DNA of 64,000 nucleotides, from assembly GCA_009103225.1 (NCBI GenBank), contig RHPI01002090.1:1659932-1723931 (forward strand), written 5' to 3'. Positions within the stretch are counted from its first letter, which is position 1. Each line of letters opens with the position of its first letter. The position numbers and the translations under genes were made by a program. This DNA comes from Chlorokybus atmophyticus (Eukaryota; Plantae; Mesostigma and Chlorokybus algae). Below are positions 26,698-38,005 of this stretch, in pieces. The notes beneath the pieces were generated by a model. That model made no database searches and was not told the DNA's origin. It saw nothing but the letters and a program-made list of their open reading frames with translations.

Positions 26698-28206
26698 GTC
26701 GCAGTATTTTTTCCGTGCCGGCCGACTACATATCGGCAACGGCCGTGCACCTGATAATACTTATTTAGACTGTCGTAGCTCAGTCCACCTGTAATCTCGA
26801 TACAGGGACCTAAGAATAACTTCCATCCCCGGCCGTTTACACAAAGGGACTGACTTGGACGGACAGGTACTTGTCAGTTACATACCCGTTAGGCAAAAGG
26901 GACTTAACCTAACCAACCGGTATCTGTTAGTTAGGTACAGTTAATGTACCGGTGACTGTACACTAACTTTGTGTGACTAACAGGTACCTCATGGTACCAT
27001 TTCCCTACCGACCGCTATTGATAGGTACGTCTAAAGGTACATCTTAGTACCGTTCAGGTCATGATTAGATACTCAAATGCGTGACAAGCAAGACGGCGAC
27101 TGAAATTAAAAAATTACAATGTATATTGCAAGTTATAATTGTACTACAATGTATGCACAATCTGAACTACCTATTGTGAGCTACTACTACCATTACTACT
27201 ACCATAGTCTAAGGTCTTAATAGAAATCGGCGCTCTTGCATCGCGCTCCACCTCCGCCGTCGCTCCTTATCCACCGCCGCTCCTGCAAAGCACAAGGCAA
27301 TTAATCATGCGCAGTCAACAGCAATATACGCAACCTTCGCACCCGCGTTCTGTCGCTTACCATACCGCCGCCGCCGCCGCCGCCTGGTTTGGCCTGGCCT
27401 GACCTGGTTTGGCCTGGCCAGGGCCGCCCTCGGACAAAAACGGCAATTAGCTTGCATACGTATAAGAACGTCAGCATACAAGCTTACTTCCTGTAGGCCG
27501 TCGCCGTCGCCGCCGCCCAGCGCTCACCTGTTCAACACTTCAAACCGTTGAGCGTTTGAATGACTTGGGCAGCCCAAGTCATTCAAACGCTCAACGGTAC
27601 AATGGGACCGTCGCACCGTCCAAATGGTACGATTATGTCACTATAGCAATGGACATTTCGTACGATTAATCTAATATGAGAATTGCACTGTACCACCGTC
27701 CCAACTTACCGGCATTACTCGACGACATATAGGGACGGGCGGTAACTTGCTTGCATAACCGTTAGGTCACCGCCGCGTTAAGTGCACGACCGGCGGTCGG
27801 CCGTTACTTAATAAACTCGGTAAGGTCACCTGATAGGGATTAACGGTCACTGGCTTGCCATAGCAGGCAGGCCGTCGCATACTTTCCGACGGTCAGGGTA
27901 CGACCGACGGTCGTCACTGTTTGTGACCAAAATGTGACTTATTTGCGATACAATAGGTCGCCATCGCGCAAATGGGACGCCCGACAATCGGCCGTCACCT
28001 TAAAGCGTGGTGTTGCCGTCACAGGCAGGCCGCCGTCGATTGTACCTATCGGCCGATCGCTTGCCGTCGGTACATGGTGCTTAGTAGTAACGGCCGTCTT
28101 AAAAAGTCCCTTTATGGACCAATCCGTTATGTCAGGTGGGATCAGGCAGGGTCAGGCACCCGTCAGTCCCTTAGTCCCTTGTCAGTCACCGTGTAAAATT
28201 TGCGAC
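26698..28206. mobile_element. Putative non-autonomous DNA transposon (1509 bp), GTCGCA...TGCGAC termini, 4-bp AGTT target duplication
   Basis: Starts gtcgcagtattttttccgtg and ends caccgtgtaaaatttgcgac. Both flanks are agtt (26694-26697 and 28207-28210). The right end matches the sequence starting at 60365 in reverse orientation (25/26 nt, then further matches). The TIR is short and imperfect. Confidence 0.6.
27544..27598. repeat. Perfect 27-bp inverted repeat with a 1-nt loop
   Basis: accgttgagcgtttgaatgacttgggc-a-gcccaagtcattcaaacgctcaacggt; the arms are exact reverse complements. Confidence 0.97.
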
Positions 28207-29269
28207 AGTTGTGGAGAGCAGGCAAGCTGCAGGTACGACCAGCAACTATCGTAGCTCGCATGCTGACCTGTGGCGCACACCGCCACGAGTTAGCAACTGC
28301 TCAAGTGGCAGTGCTAGCTGTGGCGGCGGTCCTCTTGAGTCGCGAATCGCTTGCATGGCCCTTACATACTGGCTGCAAAGCACTTTCCAAAAACGGTCAC
28401 ATTACACAATGTACCATGCAAAGAATAGCGGGCATGACTGATGCTCCCCGTAATGAACCAACTTTTGAGCAATCATATGGTACAAGTATTTAGTTGATAC
28501 TCCGTACACGCCCGCCGTGCGGAACATCCATCCCCGCCGTGCGGAAAGCATATGCAGGCTGTATGTAACATTGGCACCTTAACCACTAGGCTATAGCAGC
28601 AAAAGTCGCTGCCACAATAGGGAGCAACATGTCTCACATATGCCCCATCTTATATGTATTACACTATATCTGTGTTATGTCATGTCCATGAGCAAAGTTG
28701 CCATGCTTGTAATGAAGTCGGACTTAAACGAACACCAAAGCTTGAACGGAGATACCGACTAATTACTACCCCATACTTGCAATTGACATGCAAATCTGAA
28801 TGCGGGTGAGGTACACGTGTGACCGGCAGTGTTTGAAACTGTGGCAGCTTTTTTGGTTGTTGATGGCCGTGCATAGATTCTCATATAAGCAAAGTAACGT
28901 ATATATTACGTATATTAATTACAGATGTGATAAGGACGTCACGAACATATACGCCGATTACGATTGCAATAATAAAATGGAGTATATGCATACAATGATG
29001 TTATCCAACTTTTTGCTATAACATTATACTTGTCTGACAGTTTGCGGTAGCCACCATTGCTTTATGTAGTGTTACAGTGTAATACGGTTCAATGATGAAA
29101 CATGCATAAGCATTTATACAATACATACACATTATAATATTTAACTCTATGTCGCATTTTAAAGGTTTTAAGCTACCAACAAATAGGTCACAAGGAGGAA
29201 TTCGCATGTCACTAATTTGCAACCTTTAAATATGTGCATCATGTATAAATGCTTAACTGGAATTATATT

Positions 29270-30747
29270 ATATGACCATGTAATGATATAATGCTATTTT
29301 ATGAACATCCCATCATAAAAGCCATTATTTCACAAAAAACATCATGTAACGAGTCTTGCCAAAACTTACGCATCGTTATTATTGACCGGAGTATCAACAT
29401 CCGTAAAACCCTAACCTAGGCCAAGCCTTCACTTTCGCATTATTCTGGTCCGTCTCCGTGATGCACATGTGTCACAGCCCACTCGACCACAAAAGACTTG
29501 GTGCTTTTATGGTCGATTTGTGGTATTTTAATGTGCCTTCCCGTTACATTCCCCCCACTTAAGAACGCTGACGTCCTCGGCAGCTGCCCGCTCAGCTGGG
29601 GAATTACCCAAGGGGTTTGTTAGGGTCGGTCACCGGCCCCACAGCCAAGGACCGGTCAATTTAGGCCCATACCGGTCAGCGCCCGCATAGCGCGCCGCTA
29701 CCGGCCCCACAGGTCGCGTCGCCGCGATAGGCAGGTCGCGCCCTGCCGCGCCGACTGAACTGGTCAGTTCGCTGCCATTAGGCAAGTCGCGACCCATCGA
29801 TGATGGCACTCATAAAGTGACCATTTACGATGTTATTGGATCGAGAAACAACGACCGCGGAATTCGTGTGCAAGGCAGGAATCGAACCCGGGTCTCAAGC
29901 TCCGATGACCAATGTCACAGCCCACTCGACCACAAAAGACTTGATGCTCTTACGCTCGATTTGTGGTAATACAATGTACCTTCCCGTTACACATGTATAG
30001 TCCAAGCATCAGTGTAAATCTATTGCAAGACATCTCTGCCGTATATGATATGATGTAGTAAGATCACATCATACCTGAAACTGTCAGAGTGGTATCAGCA
30101 CGTTGTGTTATTTTTTGTATCAATGATAACCAATATGCTCATTTTAATACTCAAATACTCTCATCATCATATAATTTCATATGGTGTTTTTGACGAAAGC
30201 AATTAACAATGCCGATGCAAGTTGTCAAAGATGATTACTGCTTATTTTTCATGCAACGTATTTTCAAGGCCAGTTTTAAAAGGGAAATTGAGGGAAAACA
30301 CAAAAGGGGGGGGGGGGGGGGGATAGGCATGGTAGTGATAATATGAAATTGAAATTATAATCTGCATATCATTGTCTAGCTTTCACCTCACTGTGTTTCA
30401 AGCCTGTTTCAAACCCTAACCTTCAATTTTAACCCATGTTTGAAACCTTATATCCTCAGACTAGCTTAAGTCTTTGTGTGTTTTGTTGATGGCAATTGCG
30501 ATGTAGATGTAACATCTTATATGAGGTCATATGCTAATTTGAGTTTACCATAACATTTGATGCTAACATATGATCATACATTCATGAAAGCCATATATAA
30601 AAAACCAATCGTGTAGCGGTTTTGCCAAAACTCACTATGCATCATTGTTGAGGGTTGTAGTAGCAACATCTACCAAACCCCAACCTAGGCCAAGCCTTTT
30701 ATTGTAGACGCATCGTCTTCACATGTCTCGATGATGCACACGTGTAG
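29270..30747 (+). repeat. Two diverged copies of an AT-rich repeat (about 29270-29469 and 30550-30747); the first is interrupted by the TRIM
   Basis: Shared blocks in the same order: aaagccat, ttgccaaaact, caacatc, aacctaggccaagcctt, gatgcaca. Confidence 0.7.
29470..29991 (-). mobile_element. Terminal-repeat retrotransposon in miniature (TRIM), 522 bp, non-autonomous LTR element
   Basis: Two 79-bp direct repeats (29470-29548 and 29913-29991), both TGT...ACA, with 8 mismatches by manual alignment. CATG target duplication at 29466-29469 and 29992-29995. On the minus strand, a PBS-like TGGTCATCGGAGC follows the 5' LTR and a PPT taagtggggggaa precedes the 3' LTR. No internal ORF. Confidence 0.88.
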
Positions 30748-31972
30748 CATAGGTACCAGTCAAAGCCTTTGTTAAAGCTTACGCACAATTGCATTACCAT
30801 TGAAGGTAGTAATGAACCAATAACTCGTTACCCATCATTATTATAGCACAATTGATCATTTTCATTCCAAACTGGCATAACACATGTGATTTAATTTAAC
30901 ACCATCAGGTGATCATGCCAACAATTGACACTCAACTCTTGGCATGTTATAATAAATTAATTTATCTCCATTTATTGTGTTTCAAGTGGTCACATCTTTT
31001 ATATTATGATACCATCAACAACACGATACACATGTGCGCGGTCGAACGGGTATAGACCTCATAAATGTCAGTCCTAGTGTATCGCACGGTATATACACAC
31101 CTGTTTTCTACACAAATACTACCACAATTGCAAAAACTGTGTAAATCTTTTACTGGCGCAACCACATGTTATTGTTGTGAACAACGTCCATGCAGTTGTT
31201 ATGGATAAAGTATAGACCTTACGCGCGTAGCGAGCCTGGCTATACAATTCATAGGGTAATATAGGCCATAATAGCAGACACACTGACAACATCGTGACCT
31301 GCAGAAAGCCAGTCAGCTAGCTACAAGCATAAAATACGTGGCAGAAGGCCCGTCACGGTCCTGTTGGCACAATGAATGCGTGATGCTTTGCAAGAGTGTG
31401 CGGCGTCACGCGCTATGTCCGTCACCGCTGACGTCAGAACTATGTACAGCCAAGATCTGGCCGCTGCCTACGTGTTCGGCCAATCGTGGCTGACGTGTCT
31501 TAAATCCTCAGAGGCAATCAAAATCCTCAGAGCTTCGTACCATGGTGCTGATTTACGGCTCAAGATAGGTCTGCCCAGTCTGCCAGTCCTAGGCAGCGCC
31601 TCCAAGCAGCGGCAGACTGTGGCATATAATGGTCATGAATGACGCTGCATTACAGACCATTAAAATCTATCGATATCATCTTATACACAGTGCATAGTGC
31701 GCTATCATGTTGACCATGACTTTGCGCGGCACATCGTATCGCGAGCAATCTGCCTGCCACATCTTGCCTCAGATTTTGAGTGTCTCCTGCGGAAGTCGCC
31801 AGAATTTGCCACAAGCTGCGCGGCCCAGCAGCTGGTATATAACGCCGCTGCTGCGCTCCAAGTAGCAAAGCAGTTTGATTGAAGCATTCAGTGTTCAAGC
31901 CGCCGTTGCGTGACCCTGCCCTTGTGGATAGTGTGTGTGTTGCGCTTTTCAAGCTCTCATCTCTCTCCAGCG

Positions 31973-32519
31973 ATGGCTTCCACCGACGGCCAGGACGTGA
32001 AGAACAAGGCCGGCGAGGCCTTCCAGACCATGGGCGACTTCGCCCACAACAAGAAGGTTCGCATGCGTGACTCGTTTGTGCGTGTGTTTGCGAGTATGTA
32101 AGCAGCATGTCTGGCTGTTTTAAGGATCACATCGGCAGTGCAAGGAGTTAGTGCTGATCGTAATGCCGTTGACAGGAGGAAGCCAAGGGTGCGATGTCGA
32201 ACGCTGCTGACAACGCCCGCGACAAGGCTCAGGACGCCAAGGAGCACACCCAGCGCGCTGCCTCTGACACCACACAGGCGGCTGGTGACAAGCTGAACCA
32301 GGCTGGTGACAAGCTGAACCAGAAGTCCGATGAGATGGCGCCACAGCCGGTATGTCATCTCCTCGTTGGCTTCCTGCTAGTCTGTGTGTGTAGGCATTGT
32401 GTGCAATCAGTTGACCGATCGGTGCTAATGCATTTGATATGATGCAGACACTGGTTGAGAGAGTGACCGACACAGTCAACAGCACGGTGGACACTGTCAA
32501 GGCCAAGCTTGGATACTAA
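31973..32519 (+). CDS. LEA-like (group 3-like) hydrophilic stress protein; 3 exons
   Basis: MASTDGQDVKNKAGEAFQTMGDFAHNKK|EEAKGAMSNAADNARDKAQDAKEHTQRAASDTTQAAGDKLNQAGDKLNQKSDEMAPQP|TLVERVTDTVNSTVDTVKAKLGY*. All junctions are phase 0 GT-AG. Rich in A/K/D/E/Q/T, with no Cys or Trp. Confidence 0.8.
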
Positions 32520-34405
32520 ACACTTGCTAGGCCAGACATTGCGTAGTTCGCGCACTGTACAGCATCTTCTTCCATTTTGTAGATTAGTTGCACAGAGCAG
32601 CGTTAGGCTTCAGCTAGGCAGTGCATGCTGGCCTGCTGCATTACAACAGAATTTCCTAACTCCATCTGTTTCCGCATTTTCTGCAACCACATTTCTGGTG
32701 CGCAATCAGGACGTTTTGTCCCCTGTGTGGATTTAACAATAACAATGTGCATGCCTGCCTATTGTCATGCTGCGATCTAGCTCACCCGCCAACTGTCCTG
32801 ACCAGAGCAGCCAGCACTGTAGTTTGCAATTTAGCTTGTCCGCTTGGGAATATTAACAAGCGAAGTTGTGCAGCCATTAGTGTGGTTTTGAACCACCAGC
32901 GCAAAATTATGGCAACTACTGCATTAAGCCATTGTCTGTAGTGTTTTGACATATACATGAAATGGTGTGCCTAGTCGTGCAACTGTCGGTGTGTGTGTGA
33001 CTAGCACAGCCTTAACTCAAGTAACGTATGTACCCATTATTTGCTCGTGGATCAGCAGTACTGCTGTGCCTGCTTGCAATTGCACTTTGCTCACACATGC
33101 AGCATTCACGTGATTGCCTGCTGTTCGCAACTAGAGCCCAACAACCCAAAGCATAAGTAGTCAAGCATGCTGGCGAGTAGTCAAACATGCGCACCCTCGC
33201 AGATTAATTCACCCATATTGCGCCAAATGGGCAGTACACAAAGGCGTTGTGTGACAAAGTTAGTCCGCAAGCAAATCTGGTTTTGTACCATACCACGTCC
33301 ACAACAGCGCGTGTACCACTCTAAGACAACGATCAATCCTTCAAAGCTGTCCCGCGGGCGCGGTATGCTGCGTTGAACATGCAGCTTCTGCCACTTGCCC
33401 AGCTGCAAAGCTAACTCCAATAACGCTGGCTGGCTTATTGGCCGCAGGACACTTACTTACAGCCAAGCTGCAACCAACCAACAGCCAGCACCCGTCCAGC
33501 TAGGCCAACCTCCCGTCAAGACGCGTGCAGCAGTCAGCCACCGCAGAGTGCCTCTCCTCTTCCTGCGAACTCCCAAACCAAAACCGCCGCCTCCTCCTCT
33601 GCCTCCTCCGACCTCGCCGCCGCCTCACTAGTGACAAAAATGCGCAGCAGCGGTGACTGTTGATCAGACCGCCGACGATTCGGCGCGAAACCCGGTGATG
33701 ACTGTTAGTCATCGACCGCCGACCAGTGCAATGAGCTTACGTCCGCAACTGTCGGTGCAGTTGGCAACGGTCTCGCGAGAGTCAGCGCAGTGCTCGCTCG
33801 GGGAGCCAACGTGGCCAGCCACCAAGCTGAGGCGGCGGTGTGCGTGTGGGCGTGTGCCGAGTGGCATTCTGTCGCCGGGCTGCGGGAGGTGAGGGTGGAA
33901 GGAGAGACAGGGCGTTGCTTAGTTGTCCAGGGGTACAGCAGCGCTCTTTGACAAGTAGTGAGGAGGTACTGGAGTAAGTGGCTGACTGCTTCGCAGCAAG
34001 GAGATTCTACAGGCAAGGCAGCGGCGCACGCAACGCTACACAGCTGCTGCTGATCACGTTAGCTCTCAGCGGAGCGTGTTGAGGCGTGCTGCAGTTGAGA
34101 GGTTGGTAATGATGTGTTCGCACCGCAGCGGAGCTGTGTCCCCTTGTCCTCGGCAGTGTTGCTCGGCGCCCAGAGCTCAGCAGCAAGTCGCTGGAATGCA
34201 CTAACAACTCGTGATTTGCTAATGCATAGACTACTGGTCTTAGTCTCAGCGTACTTCTAAATATGCAATCCACCTTGAAAGCCAACACTGCCATGGCCAG
34301 TGAAGCATGTCACCTGCTGTTTGCGCTCAGCACTTTGCTTGTTGTTCCGCATTGTTTTTGAACCTGCTATGCTGCGTGCTTAGGTGCAGACTACTAAGTG
34401 AACCC

Positions 34406-36071
34406 ATGGCAGAAACAGCAGGTTTCTCACTGCCAAGTCACAGCCTGAGTCGAGGTTCAAACGGACTGTACCGCGATGTGCACTTGGTACGTCTGTGTGT
34501 GTTTAGTTTGACAAGTGCCACGTATGCACACTACTGCAACCTCCCTGTCACTGCAGCATTTGCCCAGTGTCGTTCACATCAGTGACGACGAAGACGACAG
34601 CGGGCCCGACTCACCCGTCGTGTTTAGCGGGCGCCAGTGGACCTCACCTCAGCAACATGAAACAGACACACTCGATGAAGTTCCCGGCGCATCTCTGCAA
34701 TCTGAGCCTAGTCCTGTTCAAGATCTCTTCGTGACAGGGCGAGCATTGACTGGCCGGCAGCTCGCAGACTATCATGGTGCTGCAGTAGCCGTTGATGTGG
34801 ACAGTGATGAAGACACTTCGGAAGGTACTTGACCTGAGTGACCACGTGCATGGCTTGGTTCAACGATGCAAGAGTTAGACTAGGCAGACAGCAACCAGTT
34901 TGCCACAATGACAGGACTGATACCCTGTACATATGTGCCCAGTGGACGTTGTGGACACAGCTGAAGATGGTGAAGACTGCGAGGCCAGCAGCGATAGTGG
35001 GTCTGAATACGACTTTGCGACACAGGGGTGTACTGGAATAAAGCATGTGTCTTCCGTTTCTGCCAGCATTGACGCCTTGCTGAGTGAACCAAGTCTGCCG
35101 TTTCCCGAAACACAGCGCCGCCGCAGATGCTCTCCAACGCTAGGTTGGTTGAAAATGCACGCATGCACGCAGGCTTGCACACCCGAAACACACCGCACGC
35201 ATGCACAGGTGTACGTTGCTTATGTAGGGGGTAAGAGTTGCAGGGGCTGCTTCCTGCTGCTGTCAGTATGCATTGCATGGTCAATATTCCATACATACAA
35301 ACCTTGTCTTGCGTTGAGTACCAGGTCTTGCGTACTCTGTCAATGAATGCAACCATGACAAGTGAGTGTTGGACAAGGGCCCTTTTGATCGGGCAGTTAT
35401 GACCATGGACTCTGTTGTGCCCATAATGCATTACCCATCTCGCTACTGAATGCCAGCTAGGGAGGTCATAAGCAAGACTGATGACATCTGGCTGGGCTTG
35501 AGCTGAACACTTCACACGCACCGTTATGCAGAAAACAGCAGCATCCAGTGGGCGCGCTCCAATCGTTGGCATTGTGAGTCGGACGCGCGGCAACAGGCAC
35601 GTAAGGAGCAGGATGCTGGAACTACTGCTCCTGTCTTCAGAACCCTTGCTTCACCACCACCTCCTGCACACGCTGTGCATGAGAAATGCACGCTGGATGT
35701 GGATGGCTTTCTGCAAGGTACGTCCATGCAAGCCATGATGTATACCATATGCAGACTGACAGCTGTGTTCTCAGTTAGTTCCTTCACACTGCATAGGTCG
35801 CTGATGCTGAGCACGCAATGTTGCCTGCCATGTGAACGCGTCTTGTTGGATGCAGGTGTTGATTTGGACGGACTACTGGCCCGCCTTGCCTGTGAAGTAC
35901 CCTCTCAAAGGTATGTCTTTTGCCAAGCAGGTCATATTGAAGCTGCCTAGCCATGCTTATGGTTTGCTCCTTTACAACCTTCCCTCGGTATGCAGGGTGC
36001 TCGACACAGAGGACACTGCAAAGCCAATAGTGGTGCAGTCGCCAGCAAAGGACAAATCTGGCAAACTGTAG
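34406..36071 (+). CDS. Uncharacterised acidic, probably disordered protein; multi-exon
   Basis: ATG 34406 (MAETAGFSLP...DVHL|HLPSVVHISDDEDDSG...DEDTSE|VDVVDTAEDGEDCEASSDSGSEYDF...). The chain of GT-AG-bounded segments ends at ...DKSGKL* (36071). The middle exons are not fully resolved. Confidence 0.5.
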
Positions 36072-36828
36072 CTTGCAGTAATGTCACAGGCACAACTAAT
36101 TTCCCTAGGTAGCGCTGCGCAGTATAGTATGTGTTCTGTCCTTATTATATACTGTAATTGGGCGAACTAGGCGCGGTGGAGCTTAACAGCAGGCATGCAG
36201 CGCCACACTTCTGTTCCCTTAACCCGTATGAGTACTACTACACATATAGTCACACCTATGTCAATTTTGTCATCCAAGTACACGAAATCGACAGAATAAG
36301 CGATACAGCTTCAACTGGTCGCAGCGCACTGCGCAGTAACGTAATGCTGCACTAGCTTCCGCTACATAATGTGTAAGCATTGCTGCGCGATGCTCGTCAT
36401 GACTGCGCCGATTCGTTCAGCATCTTTGTGCGCTCCGCAAGTACGCGCATCTGAAGCTCGCGCTCCTTATCCTGCCCACAATATCTCAATATTCTGGCAA
36501 GGAAACTGTTGCTGTATGACTGTCAACGCGGACAATGCAAACTCTGGCGAAAGCAAGAATTGTCAGGCATTGCACACAGCAAACAGCAATACAATGAGAC
36601 CCCGCTAAGCAATCCGTTCCAAACAGAGGGATGTCGTTGCTCACATTGAATATGGGCGATGCTGCTAAGTGTGCATTGGTGCACTCTATGAAGCTCAACC
36701 CTAAATTCTAAGAGCGACATACAACCGACCACATTGCTATTGAAACGCTGACTGCCTAGAGAACAAGCGTTATATGCGCACGCCGTTTACAACGAAGCGA
36801 GTTCAAGGGAGCGAAACAATGAGGATGT

Positions 36829-36991
36829 CTATGCCTGATCCCTAAACCCAATAACATTTATGCAGTTGCGGGACGCAAAGACTCACCCGCCTCTCGCGGG
36901 ACTCATGCAGTTGCCAGCCCAACCACTGTGATCTCGTCAGTGCATAGTACGCCACGGCGGTCATGCCGATGAAGGTCAGCACCCGCACCAT
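36829..36991 (-). CDS. Candidate single-pass microprotein (about 36 aa), divergent from RPS21
   Basis: gcgATGG context. MVRVLTFIGMTAVAYYALTRSQWLGWQLHESRERR is followed by a consensus gtgagt donor at 36886. The nearest acceptor gives A*; the end is uncertain. Confidence 0.35.
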
Positions 36992-37064
36992 CGCCGCCGC
37001 CTGCGGTAGTCACCTGCGCCTACAAGTTTGCCCGGAGAAGAAGTACAGGTTGCTAAATTGCTAG

Positions 37065-37074
37065 ATTAGGGTTT
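37065..37074. promoter_or_regulatory. Telo-box (ATTAGGGTTT) upstream of RPS21
   Basis: Exact motif about 190 bp before the RPS21 ATG. Telo-boxes are established in plant ribosomal protein promoters. A second copy sits at 4431-4440 upstream of the MRC-like gene. Confidence 0.5.
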
Positions 37075-37254
37075 GGCCGCGATTGCCTGCAGAAACTGAT
37101 TGCAGGCGATGCGACAGGAGGTCTGGTAAGACCGCCTGAGAGCGCCAGCCAAAGCGTCGCCGCCGCCTCCAAGGCTGGTCTCTCTGGCGGTGAGTGCCAC
37201 GTGGCGCGGGCGTTGAGCGGGCGGCGTCAGGGGTCTCTTACTCTGCTGCCCATC

Positions 37255-38005
37255 ATGCAGAACGACGAGGGCGAGAACGTTGATCTCTACATCCCCCGCA
37301 AGTGGTAAGCTCTTCATGGTGGAGATATGCGCTCGTTGTTTAGTTTGCATTGCACAGCTTGTGCTGCTGATTTTTGTGTCATATGTAAAGTCTTGTCGAC
37401 AAGAATAATGTCTGCGTGCATCTTATGCGTTGCCTCGTAACCACATTGTCGTTGCGACCACCATTTACGCACGAGTACAGACGCTTGCATTCATGCTAGT
37501 GCGAACTATGAATCGAAGGCGGACTTCGCTTGCAGTTCATTGCGTGCATGAATTTTGTATGATAGCGTTGCAGAGGAGTTCTCACACGTATTGCATTTCT
37601 GCTCTGCAGCTCAGCCACCAATAGGCTGATCACTGCCACCGATCATGGATCGGTTCAGATCAACATAGGCCATCTCGATGAGAACGGCGTTTATTCCGGA
37701 CAGTTCACCACTTTCGCCTTCTGCGGCGGCTATCGCTCTCAGGTATCAGACAGCTCTCGCTTGAAGTATTCACTGGTGCAGGAGCACATGGTAGCAGTAT
37801 GTTGTCTGATTTGCCTTTCTGCAGATTGAATCTCGTGCAGCTTGTATTGCCGTTGTCATTTAGTATTTGTTACCCATTTTTTCGTTTTGCTATCACTTCG
37901 GGTGCATACTACAAAAACTTATTCGCGCAATGTGACGTGCAGGGTGCTGCTGATGCTTCTCTGGACCGATTGTGGCAGAAGAAGAAGGTTGAGATTGGTC
38001 AGTAG
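37255..38005 (+). CDS. RPS21: 40S ribosomal protein S21 (eS21); exons 37255-37304, 37610-37743, 37943-38005
   Basis: [81 protein letters not shown]. Confidence 0.97.

Noticed and set aside
26765-26812. tRNA-like start (gtagctcagt)
   Set aside because: No anticodon arm, T-loop or acceptor pairing follows, and it lies within the putative transposon.
29549-29912. Coding remnant (gag/pol) inside the TRIM
   Set aside because: No ORF or recognisable RT, integrase or chromodomain motif.
29405-30421. Interstitial telomere (aaaccctaa motifs)
   Set aside because: Isolated single units inside a dispersed repeat, not a tandem array.
26395-31079. CACTA element from cactaggtc to gtcctagtg
   Set aside because: The TIR is imperfect, the 3-bp flanks differ (taa vs tat), and no transposase was found.
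33181-33712. Minus-strand gene upstream of the acidic gene
   Set aside because: There are splice-like signals but no coherent reading frame or recognisable product.
37305-37942. Intronic snoRNA in RPS21
   Set aside because: No convincing C box/D box pair with terminal stem, and no H/ACA layout.
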